64,000 nt of DNA from Thermodesulfovibrionales bacterium (GTDB lineage: Bacteria; Nitrospirota; Thermodesulfovibrionia; Thermodesulfovibrionales; SM23-35), in NCBI GenBank assembly GCA_963715195.1, contig CAVQRT010000007.1:96001-160000 (forward strand). Direction: 5' to 3'. The translations under genes and the position numbers were made by a program. This document shows positions 38,931 through 47,158 of this stretch, one piece after another. Position 1 is the stretch's first letter. Every line of letters starts with the position of its first letter. The notes below the pieces were generated by a model. The model worked only from the letters and a program-made list of their open reading frames with translations, was not told the origin of the DNA and made no database searches.

Positions 38931-38960
38931 GAATTCATCGATGCTCTGCATCGGGGTCAA
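38931..38960 (-). repeat. ACCCCG-hairpin element (IS200/IS605-end-like miniature repeat)
   Basis: Minus strand gaccccgatgcagagcatcgatgaattc; same architecture as 24263-24296 (accccgcagcagagctgagaggtatc). Confidence 0.5.
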
Positions 38961-39132
38961 TATTTCCGCTATTCAGAGATTCCCGCCTGGCAGGAATCGT
39001 TCTGAATTATGAGAAATTGCGGTATATCAACGTCAGATTTTGGTCAAGCCGGAATGTCATTTTATGATACCTCTCGATCGTTGATGAGGAGGGAAATACA
39101 GCGGTGAAGACCGGATTCCAGTGATAGAGGCC

Positions 39133-39171
39133 AAAAAAAATGGCAGGGAATGTATAACATCCCTGCCATTT
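39133..39171 (-). terminator. Rho-independent terminator of the small Sec-peptide gene
   Basis: AAATGGCAGGGA-tgttatacat-TCCCTGCCATTT followed by a U-run on the minus strand. Confidence 0.85.
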
Positions 39172-39179
39172 CGAATCGC

Positions 39180-39326
39180 TTATTCGTTGCTTGACCAGCA
39201 ACGTCAGCTTTTTCAGCTCTTTCACTTATGGCATGACTTCCCGGGAATTTCCTTCATGGCCGTCTTGATCCCTTCCCAGAAAGCAGTTTCTCTCGCGAGC
39301 ATTTTTTTGCTCAGCGGTTTTTTCAT
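39180..39326 (-). CDS. Putative 48-aa multi-selenocysteine peptide MKKPLSKKMLARETAFWEGIKTAMKEIPGKSCHKUKSUKSURCWSSNE
   Basis: RBS AGGAGGT 7 nt before ATG; in-frame TGA at codons 35, 38, 41 in register with TGC Cys32; SECIS-like hairpin after; TAA then terminator; selD nearby. Confidence 0.7.
39185..39203 (-). promoter_or_regulatory. SECIS-like hairpin CGTTGCT-GGTCA-AGCAACG
   Basis: Perfect 7-bp stem, loop starting with GG, 25/16/7 nt from the three UGA codons to the loop. Confidence 0.55.
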
Positions 39327-39392
39327 GGTAATCACCTCCTTTTCTCACATTGATAAATATTATGGGTAAAGGTTTGCTTATAGCTTTACTCA

Positions 39393-39420
39393 ATATTAGC
39401 AGATAAAAATTGTTTGTCAA
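39393..39420 (-). promoter_or_regulatory. Sigma70-type promoter for the Sec-peptide gene (TTGACA-16-TAATAT, extended TG)
   Basis: -35 at 39420-39415; TG-c-TAATAT with -10 at 39398-39393. Confidence 0.55.
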
Positions 39421-39489
39421 GAATTTTTTTGGGTGCTCTGCGCAGCCTGTCCAATTGACTTACATGCTGATATATGTCATTCTATAGGT

Positions 39490-39551
39490 GAAGTCCAGAA
39501 GTTTTTGTATTACGAAGGCCACAAAGACTTTTAGCTTTGTGGCCTTTTTTT
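39490..39551 (+). promoter_or_regulatory. Cold-shock gene leader with terminator-like hairpin
   Basis: aaggccacaaag-acttttag-ctttgtggcctt plus T-run, upstream of the RBS; homologous to 6202-6255. Confidence 0.6.
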
Positions 39552-39593
39552 GATCGTTCTGAGATTTCAATTTACACGTAAGGAGGGAAAATA

Positions 39594-39794
39594 ATGGCTC
39601 AGGGAAAAGTAAAGTGGTTCAACGACTCTAAAGGGTTTGGCTTTATCACCAGAGATGATGGTACGGATATTTTTGTCCATCATTCTTCCATCCAGGGTAA
39701 CGGATTCAAGTCCCTTTCCGAAGGCGATTCAGTCAGCTTTGACAGTGAGAGCGGCCCAAAAGGGCTGAAGGCAATTAACGTAGTGAAACACTAA
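39594..39794 (+). CDS. Cold-shock protein (CspA family), second copy
   Basis: [27 protein letters not shown] aggagg. Confidence 0.97.
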   Translation: MAQGKVKWFNDSKGFGFITRDDGTDIFVHHSSIQGNGFKSLSEGDSVSFDSESGPKGLKAINVVKH

Positions 39795-39800
39795 GATGCG

Positions 39801-39840
39801 AAGAAGTCCCCTGCAAACGAGCGGGGGACTTCTTCATTTT
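39801..39840 (+). terminator. Stem-loop/terminator after csp
   Basis: aagaagtcccc ... ggggacttctt-catttt. Confidence 0.65.
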
Positions 39841-39849
39841 GAGGATTCA

Positions 39850-40230
39850 TTGGCCCACAAACAAAATTATCTTGAAAGAGTCGAAAAGAATAAACAGCTA
39901 AAACTGAAAGCTGGTTTAATTTCTGACCGTTTCCCTGAAGTTTCAGACATCATCGTTCATATGACCTACTATCAGAAAGCGGTCAATCCGGTTCTGATGT
40001 CAAGAACGATTAATTTCTGGCCCTCTCACTACGCCTACTTCAATATGGAATGCATGAAAAAAGACTGCATTGACGGTGGATTTGATCTCACCTCGGTGAT
40101 TGTCAAGATGATTAAACATCATAAGAAATCAGCCAAAGGAAAAATGTGCTGTAATGGTCATATCATCCCTCCCGCCGCTGAGCATGCAAGCATTACTTAC
40201 GAAATTTCGATTAAGTATAATAAAAAATAA
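39850..40230 (+). CDS. Hypothetical protein with Cys residues (ECMKKDC...CC)
   Basis: Open frame, RBS gagga before TTG 39850. No family recognised. Confidence 0.7.
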   Translation: MAHKQNYLERVEKNKQLKLKAGLISDRFPEVSDIIVHMTYYQKAVNPVLMSRTINFWPSHYAYFNMECMKKDCIDGGFDLTSVIVKMIKHHKKSAKGKMCCNGHIIPPAAEHASITYEISIKYNKK

Positions 40231-40466
40231 GTAGAAATCATACAGATATTACGAATACCTCTGCCGGACTTTAAATTCTCCATCACGAAGTTCGCAAACA
40301 TGATCATAAGAAGCATAAATATCCCTTTAAATATGGTAACGATCCGGCTTATTTCATCACGCATATTTGCATCAGGCCGATTTTCGCTTTGCCAGATACA
40401 ACTATCGCTTCATGGTTAGACAGCCCTTTTGTTAAAAAAGAAATCAATGAATATCTTTACGACTTT

Positions 40467-41516
40467 TTACAATACCTTAATGCAAGGAATTGAACTTGGT
40501 AATACGGTTCCAATGATTGCAGCAGTTTCAACACCTGCAGTTCTCAAGCTGTGAATTAACTGTTCCGCCTGAGATTCAGGAACAGCCAGAAGAAGACCGC
40601 CTGATGTTTGTGGATCAAAGAGCAATTCTTCCTCCTCCCTTGATAATTTTGCGACTATTTCAAGATGTCCTTCTGAAAGTTTTCTGTTTGCTTTATTGCT
40701 TCCAGTTGTTTCACCTTTACGGTACATCTCAAGAGCATGAGGATAAAACGGCAATTTATTATAGAAAAGGTTTATTTGAACTCCACTTCCTGATGACATT
40801 TCCCATGAATGTCCGACAATACCGAACCCTGTTATATCTGTACATGCATGGATATCGAAATTTACTGCCATATCAAGAGCCTTTTTATTAAGAGCGGCCA
40901 CCTGAGGTAAGATGCCTTCCAGTTCCTTGAAGGAGAGTTTTCCTGATCTGCAGGCATTAAACAAAACACCGGTGCCTAATGGTTTTGTGAGAATGAGGGA
41001 ATCACCCTCCTGAACCTTGCAGTTTGTTAATATTCTATCCGGATGAACGATTCCTGTTACGGCCAGACCATACTTGGGCTCATTGTCATCCACAGAATGT
41101 CCACCAGCCATAGAAGCACCAGCTTCAACAACTTTGTCATTGCCGCCACGAAGTATTTCCTTTAAGACACTCTTGTCAAGTTTCTTGGGAGGAAACATGA
41201 CAAGATTCAATGCAGTAAGAGGTTTACCCCCCATAGCATAGACGTCTGAGAGAGAATTCGCTGCAGCAATTTGTCCAAACCAATACGGATCATCTACCGG
41301 CGGAGTAATGAAATCAACGGTACTGATAAAGGCTATCTCATCTGACATGCGGTAAACTGCTGCATCGTCACACGTATTGAACCCGACAAGCAGGTTGGGA
41401 TCATGAGAAGAACTGAGCGCTTTGAGTGCTTCCGCCAGATCTGACGGACCTATTTTCGCTGCTCAGCCGCACGTGCGGGATAGTCCTGTAAGGGTTTTTT
41501 TCTTGAAGAGATTCAT
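40467..41516 (-). CDS. selD: Selenide, water dikinase SelD (selenoprotein; UGA=Sec at codon 18)
   Basis: Read-through gives MNLFKKKTLTGLSRTCG-U-AAKIGP...DDAAVY, in frame with STVDFITP, AANSLSDVYAMGG, GGHS, TDITGFG, DPQTSGGLL. TGA at 41465-41463. Confidence 0.95.
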
Positions 41517-41633
41517 TTTCCTTATTTTTACTTTCGTCTTTAATGTACTTTCATGTCCAATAGTTCTTTTCTATTGCTTTCTCAAGATGTATAGAAAATG
41601 TCTATTTATAGCATCGCATTTTTAGTGAATCCC

Positions 41634-42908
41634 CTATGGTTTTCCTGTGGAATGAATTATAAAAATTGCAGCTATTATGAAAAAGAGTATAAGGAATTGT
41701 TGGAGGAGGCTACCCTTTTTGCTTTCTTCTCCAACAGTGAAAGCCCTTTCGCGTGTTATTGTTCCTCGGAGTGTCTTTTTAAAATGCTTCTTCAGTCTAA
41801 TACGGTTCAGGTATGTAAAAGGTGATTTCGAAACTTTTGCCTTGCCTGTCATCGCATTTTCAGGCTCGAAAAGCAGATCAAGAATATGAGTTGTGGGCAT
41901 AGAAGATCCCAAAGAATTAACACACCCTGCACAATAGGTGAGGACTCTATTGTTGCCGTCTGCTTCACTCCTTCTTAAGTGACTCCAGTTCTTGGCGAGT
42001 TCAGGGTTAAGATATCCAACGGAGCCACCCTCACCACAGCAAAGCGTTTTCATTCGACTGTGAGGCATTTCTTTTAAGGTTAGGCCTTTCGCACCCACTA
42101 AATCCCGTATTGCATCATGTACAGGTTTTTCGAACCGTGATGCGCAGGAATCGTGAATAGTTACAGTACCCTCCAGCCTGCCAGTTTCGGGCAAGGCAGT
42201 CTCAATTATCATTTCATATACTGTTTTCACTGTCAGTTCATTACCATAACGCTTGAACACTTTAAAGCAACTCGGACAGGCAACAATAATCTGACGAATC
42301 CCGTTGCTTAAAAGAAATGCCTTCATCTCATCAAACATTCGTTGAAAGTAACCTGCTCTGCCCAGATCATGAGATGGTAGTGTGCAACAGTCGAGGACAA
42401 TTCCCAGCTTTGGAATATTGCTGCTCAAATGCTCGTAAACTTCGATAACTTTTTGAGGATGTGTTCCCGAAAGAGCACACCCGGGGAAAAAAATTGTATC
42501 GCATCCGTGAGGTAGAGAATAAAAAGTGTATTTTTTTGAAATACCGCGCTTTTCGTACCGCAAAATAGTAGCATGCTCCGGATAATAACCGATCCCCCTT
42601 CTCACCGTTTCCCGTCGCATATCCAAAAACATCTCTGTAGGATTGATCTTTACGGGACATACTGCAGCGCACAGCTGGCAGAGGCTGCATTCGAATGGCA
42701 TACCCTGATACAGCTTATCATTCGGATCATATAAATCTGCTATATCTTTTGGTTTCCCGTATTTCCTGAGGAATGCACACTCCTTCTGGCAGAGCTTGCA
42801 TTTTATACATTTCTCGGACATGATCAGAATCTGCTCTCTGAGATTCTCTTCCACATCGAGAGTCGATACATCCCTTACCTGAATTTCACGTTTATCCATC
42901 ACTTCCAT
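41634..42908 (-). CDS. Fe-S oxidoreductase (2x[4Fe-4S] plus CCG domains; HdrD/GlpC-like)
   Basis: CIKCKLCQKEC, CSLCQLCAAVCP, FFPGC, DCC, ACPSC, HDSC, CCGEGG, YCAGC; single C-terminal TM. Confidence 0.88.
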   Translation of the reverse strand: MEVMDKREIQVRDVSTLDVEENLREQILIMSEKCIKCKLCQKECAFLRKYGKPKDIADLYDPNDKLYQGMPFECSLCQLCAAVCPVKINPTEMFLDMRRETVRRGIGYYPEHATILRYEKRGISKKYTFYSLPHGCDTIFFPGCALSGTHPQKVIEVYEHLSSNIPKLGIVLDCCTLPSHDLGRAGYFQRMFDEMKAFLLSNGIRQIIVACPSCFKVFKRYGNELTVKTVYEMIIETALPETGRLEGTVTIHDSCASRFEKPVHDAIRDLVGAKGLTLKEMPHSRMKTLCCGEGGSVGYLNPELAKNWSHLRRSEADGNNRVLTYCAGCVNSLGSSMPTTHILDLLFEPENAMTGKAKVSKSPFTYLNRIRLKKHFKKTLRGTITRERAFTVGEESKKGSLLQQFLILFFIIAAIFIIHSTGKP

Positions 42909-43065
42909 TTAAACGCATCTGCTCCAGGATATCCAATTCATATTTGTTATACCAGCAGAGGAATCAATAGACATTATCAATGCTGAAAAACGAAGATGAT
43001 CGAGTGAAATATCAATTCGTAGCTGAGGACAATTACATAGAAGATCAAAAATAAGGTAACATTGC

Positions 43066-43101
43066 TGTCATTCCCGCAAGCGAAGAACGTCCGGAATGAC
43101 A
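43066..43101. repeat. Short copy of TGTCATTCC...GGAATGACA palindromic element
   Basis: tgtcattcccgcaagcgaagaacgtccggaatgaca. Confidence 0.65.
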
Positions 43102-43139
43102 AAGGTTTTCATACATATGAACCTGTAAGCAACTTATTA

Positions 43140-44411
43140 TTATTCGGAGGAAAGGACTTCTTGGTAGACCGTTCGTATTTTACTGTAAATGCCCTGCCAG
43201 TTCATAGACTCTATGCAAGGGATAACTTCATTTTCCCAGTTGGGTTCCTGAGCAGTGCAACGGTAAAGCTGCCTGTTAATGGCAGTCACGAGGTTATGCA
43301 CAAACGGCGGAAGGGATGATGGATCAGGTACATCAGGGCCCATCAACTGCGGCATCGGAACCAATTCCACGATCCCCTCATTGGTGAGCCTTTCCGGCAG
43401 CCAATGATTTATTCCGGGAAGATTTGTCACGACAACCCTGCAACCGCAGGCGATTGCCTCAAGAACAACAAGGGGAAGGCCCTCATATAATGATGGAAGC
43501 ACAAAGACATCGGCATCCTGAAAGATGGAAGCGAGATCTTCCTGCGGTTTCTGACCGAGAAATTCCACAATATCCCGAAATCTGAAAGCTTTTTCACGAA
43601 TTAATTCAGCTTCATCCCCTGCTCCGGAGCCGACAATACGGAGACGAATATGTTTCCCCGAAGGATGCTCCAAATGTTCTGCTGATTCAATAAGCCATGG
43701 TAATCCTTTTGCAAAACTCAGCTTCCCGGCATATACAATCGTAAGCGTATCTTTTTGGCTACGGCTGCAAGTCATGGATAGAGGAGGACAGAAAATATCA
43801 TTTCGGAAACCTGCACCGATGAGTTTTATGCAAGAAAGGTCAATCCCGTAAAGTTCGTGTATCCTTACCATATGATTCTCGTGGAGAGCCATAACCCTAT
43901 CGACATATGAACACGCAGGAATGACAAATTCTCTGAATACAGGTGCCAAATCCAGTTGTCTTATCTCAGTCCCGTGGCAGGTTGTCACCAGGGGGATATC
44001 TGTGAAGAGCAATCTTGTTAAGGCAGTTGCCAGCCAGAGGTGATGCGTGTGGATTACATGGGGACGAAAATCCCTTACGTTTTTCTTTAGAATGGATGCA
44101 AAGGCATAAAGATATGCGTCAAGCATTTCAGGGGTAAAGTCCGAAAATTTCGTACTCTGATACGGCATGACATCACTCATGCCAGCCACAGGGTAGGGGA
44201 GGTCAGGATCACAGAATCTGACGCATGTTATGCAGGATGTGTCGAGAGATGTCATTTCGGGTTTTGCAGAATCTGACGGGATACCGACAATTATTTTTTG
44301 CTGAAGACCGTCTCTCGCGCCCTGCTGAACTAATGCCTGCAGATAGACACCGCTCCCTGTTTTGCCAGGTTGCTGGGAGAGGAGATGGAGAATCCGCATC
44401 GGGCCATTCAT
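43140..44411 (-). CDS. Glycosyltransferase family 4 (GT-B)
   Basis: MRILHLLSQQPGKTGSGVY, HTHHLW, YAGKLSFAKG, VFVLPSLYEGLPLVVLEAIACG. RBS aaggag before 44411. Confidence 0.88.
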   Translation of the reverse strand: MNGPMRILHLLSQQPGKTGSGVYLQALVQQGARDGLQQKIIVGIPSDSAKPEMTSLDTSCITCVRFCDPDLPYPVAGMSDVMPYQSTKFSDFTPEMLDAYLYAFASILKKNVRDFRPHVIHTHHLWLATALTRLLFTDIPLVTTCHGTEIRQLDLAPVFREFVIPACSYVDRVMALHENHMVRIHELYGIDLSCIKLIGAGFRNDIFCPPLSMTCSRSQKDTLTIVYAGKLSFAKGLPWLIESAEHLEHPSGKHIRLRIVGSGAGDEAELIREKAFRFRDIVEFLGQKPQEDLASIFQDADVFVLPSLYEGLPLVVLEAIACGCRVVVTNLPGINHWLPERLTNEGIVELVPMPQLMGPDVPDPSSLPPFVHNLVTAINRQLYRCTAQEPNWENEVIPCIESMNWQGIYSKIRTVYQEVLSSE

Positions 44412-44628
44412 TTTCACGTGTCTCCTTAATCTGACCGGTTGATGATATTTCAGCAGTTGCCAGGAAAGAGATCCATTAACCGGCCATTCAGGAGTTATGC
44501 GCAGGTGTGGTTCCATAGGATTTAAAATGTAAGCATACCATACTACATAATACAAATATGATTTTTCATATTTCACATCGACTTCTCTTTGCATGGATTC
44601 AGATAAACATTACTGTTACAATAAGGAC

Positions 44629-45099
44629 ATGTTTCATCTCGATATCCCAGGATATGGTCATTTGGACCTTGAATATTTTGTCACTGATTATTCCGGTACG
44701 CTTTCTGAGGATGGTTCTCTTCTCGCTGGGATAAAAGAAAAGCTGAATGACCTTTCTGAAAAATTGCACATCCATGTATTAACCTCCGACACATTCGGAA
44801 AGGCTAAAGATGAGCTAATAGGAATTCAATGCACGCTTCATGTTCTCGGGGGGAATGATCATACAAAGCAGAAGGAAAAATATGTCGTAGAGCTTGGAGC
44901 AGATAAAGTAGTTGCTTTCGGCAACGGCAATAATGATGTGGGAATGCTGAAAGCGGCAAGAGTCGGGATAGCTGTATGTCTCAAAGAAGGATGTTCTTCA
45001 GAATCCATCAAGGCATCTGAAATTCTCGTCAGATCTCCCATTGATGCAATTGATCTCTTTCTCTTCCCGAAGAGACTTATTGCTACCCTGAGAAGATAG
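44629..45099 (+). CDS. HAD-family hydrolase (soluble P-type ATPase-like)
   Basis: DYSGTLSEDG motif I, TSDTFG, GNGNNDVGML, ends RLIATLRR. Start reassigned to ATG 44629. Confidence 0.85.
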   Translation: MFHLDIPGYGHLDLEYFVTDYSGTLSEDGSLLAGIKEKLNDLSEKLHIHVLTSDTFGKAKDELIGIQCTLHVLGGNDHTKQKEKYVVELGADKVVAFGNGNNDVGMLKAARVGIAVCLKEGCSSESIKASEILVRSPIDAIDLFLFPKRLIATLRR

Positions 45100-45120
45100 T
45101 CAGAAGATCATTCCCCCGGA

Positions 45121-46014
45121 TCATTTTCGTTGCAGAACCAAGGCAGCTTGCCAAAAATGATTAGGATCATCGATATAGGTATGAATCGTAAAAAAAGGAG
45201 ACCATTCACGTTCGATAAAGGAAAGCGGAACAATAGCATCTCCGTAGGTTCGGCCAATATGTTCACCACAGGTTGGCAGAAAAGCAATCTCGCCTGCATC
45301 GTATTTCTGGTATAACGCCTCAGATTGTTCAGAATATTGAGAGAGTAACCTGTACCATTCGGACTTTGTATCAGGTGGAATGGTGGTAATGAAATCAATG
45401 AACCGTCTCGGCTCAAGCGTGAGGCAGAATACACTTCCAGGCTTTGAAACTCGTGCAAGTTCGTGCATCCAGTGGAGATTCACACTTTCCGGAAGATGTG
45501 TGAAGACAGAATAGGCTATGATGAAGTCAAAATACGCATCCCGATAGGGAAGTCTTTCTTCGGGAGCTATGAGAGAGAGATTCCCCGGAACGTTTGTTTT
45601 TCGACAGACATCAAGGATTATTGAATTTACATCACAGCCAAACAGTCTATTCACGTTGACATCCTTCCAGAAAAACCGTAAAAACCGACCCCAACCACAT
45701 CCGAAGTCAAGTACCCGACTCTTTCGTTGAAGGGGCATATTCAATAACGCCGCCTGTTGCTTCATAAATGAATAAAAAACGAATGCCTCCTTTAGTGCAT
45801 GCTCATAGTCCGACCCGACAAATCTCACCTGGAGTTCAGGCGGTGGGAATCCCGGGAACTCGATGGTATCGATATTTTTTAAAGATATGCTTCTTATCAG
45901 CAGATCAAGCCAGTCCTCGTCGCAGAGGTTTCTGATATGTTCCGGAAGACGCCTTTTCCTCACCTCTAAAACCTTCTTCGTTTCACGAAAAAGGTTCTTC
46001 ACGTGGTTAAGCAT
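45121..46014 (-). CDS. Class I SAM-dependent methyltransferase
   Basis: VLDFGCGWGRFLR, LPYRDAYFDFI.AYSVFTHL, ELARVSKPG. Start uncertain. Confidence 0.88.
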   Translation of the reverse strand: MLNHVKNLFRETKKVLEVRKRRLPEHIRNLCDEDWLDLLIRSISLKNIDTIEFPGFPPPELQVRFVGSDYEHALKEAFVFYSFMKQQAALLNMPLQRKSRVLDFGCGWGRFLRFFWKDVNVNRLFGCDVNSIILDVCRKTNVPGNLSLIAPEERLPYRDAYFDFIIAYSVFTHLPESVNLHWMHELARVSKPGSVFCLTLEPRRFIDFITTIPPDTKSEWYRLLSQYSEQSEALYQKYDAGEIAFLPTCGEHIGRTYGDAIVPLSFIEREWSPFFTIHTYIDDPNHFWQAALVLQRK

Positions 46015-46152
46015 GCATATATAGTAATCGATTGGCGACAAAAACTGCAGGCGATTGAGGGAAAAATATCTAAGGCATTATGAGTTGAGTTCATGCATCG
46101 GTGAGAGTGTGATTTCGCCCAACACCCTCACCGAAAAAAGGGTAATAATTTT

Positions 46153-46665
46153 CTATTTGACTTTTTCTACGGGATAATCAGCTTCATTCCAGGCTTTGAT
46201 ACCACCTGGATACCGGTATACATTATTGTAACCGAGCTTCACGGCCCACATTGCACCGTTGTGACTCCGTGTGCATTTTACGAAGCCGCAATAAATGACT
46301 ATCGGAATTTCTTTATCGGGACCAAGCAACTTTAAAAAAGCTTCTTTGGTTTTTTCATCGAGGTTTGTCAACTCCGGAATCGGAAACTCGAATTGCACAG
46401 CACCCGGGATATGCTCTTTCTTATAACTGTCTTCGTATGGCATCGTATCAACGATAAGCATGTTCTTCTTCTCGTCAATCCACTTCTTCAGTTCGTCGGT
46501 TGATACAATCTTATAGCCTCCGCGTATGACTTCATTGGCAAATTTGACGGCAGACGCTTCTGTTTCGAGCTCTTTGCTTCCCCATGCTCCAAAACTGTTT
46601 ACAGAAACAGACAAGAGAAACATGCTACAGAAAACCAATGCGGTAAATACCCTTGCTCCCTTCAT
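46153..46665 (-). CDS. Exported rhodanese-domain protein (sulfur/selenium transferase)
   Basis: Signal peptide, IVDTMP..SY...HIPGA, active-site loop YCGFVKCTRSH, YPGGIKAW. RBS aggagg. Confidence 0.88.
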   Translation of the reverse strand: MKGARVFTALVFCSMFLLSVSVNSFGAWGSKELETEASAVKFANEVIRGGYKIVSTDELKKWIDEKKNMLIVDTMPYEDSYKKEHIPGAVQFEFPIPELTNLDEKTKEAFLKLLGPDKEIPIVIYCGFVKCTRSHNGAMWAVKLGYNNVYRYPGGIKAWNEADYPVEKVK

Positions 46666-46678
46666 GCTTACTACCTCC

Positions 46679-47158
46679 TTAAAGTAAATTGATAAGCCAC
46701 GAACGCGGGCTCATTGTGCGATCTGATCGGATATATCTGTGCAGATATATGAAAAATACTGCCCCCATCATCAATAAATCGCGGTAGAAGGCTCTCTTGA
46801 GACTGTCGTGGCCTGCGATCTCTTCAGGGGTGAAACAGCCGCAGCCTATACTCAGATCTTTCAGGATGCCATACCAGAGAACAAATACAAACAGAACGAG
46901 CATGCTGAATATTACGGTTAGACTGCCGCGGATGTTGAAAATAAGTCCTAACCCAGCAAGAAGCTCCATCAGGGGTAACCCGACAGCAACAGGCGCCAGG
47001 AAGGCTTCTGGTATAAGGTCATACTGGGAAATCACCTTTGCAAATGATTTAGGATCCATAATTTTCAGGGATCCCGCGTAGACAAATATACCACCAATCA
47101 TTAATCTTAAAAGAAGGTTGAACCAGGGAGAATGAATGATCTGTTTCAATGAACCCAT
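46679..47158 (-). CDS. MauE/DoxX-family redox-associated membrane protein
   Basis: R...GGIFVYAG..KI.DP, P..E...G, CGCF motif, RDL. Confidence 0.88.
   Translation of the reverse strand: MGSLKQIIHSPWFNLLLRLMIGGIFVYAGSLKIMDPKSFAKVISQYDLIPEAFLAPVAVGLPLMELLAGLGLIFNIRGSLTVIFSMLVLFVFVLWYGILKDLSIGCGCFTPEEIAGHDSLKRAFYRDLLMMGAVFFIYLHRYIRSDRTMSPRSWLINLL

Noticed and set aside
39007..39225. ORF-track 72-aa ORF MKELKKLTLL...
   Set aside because: Different frame from the RBS-led peptide gene, no RBS, and runs through the terminator.
44412..44594. 61-aa N-terminal extension of the glycosyltransferase
   Set aside because: GT-B fold starts at MRILHLLSQ with an RBS just upstream; the extension overlaps the divergent promoter region.
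46098..46139. Hairpin after the rhodanese gene as terminator
   Set aside because: The stem is real but no U-tract follows it on either strand; function not assignable.
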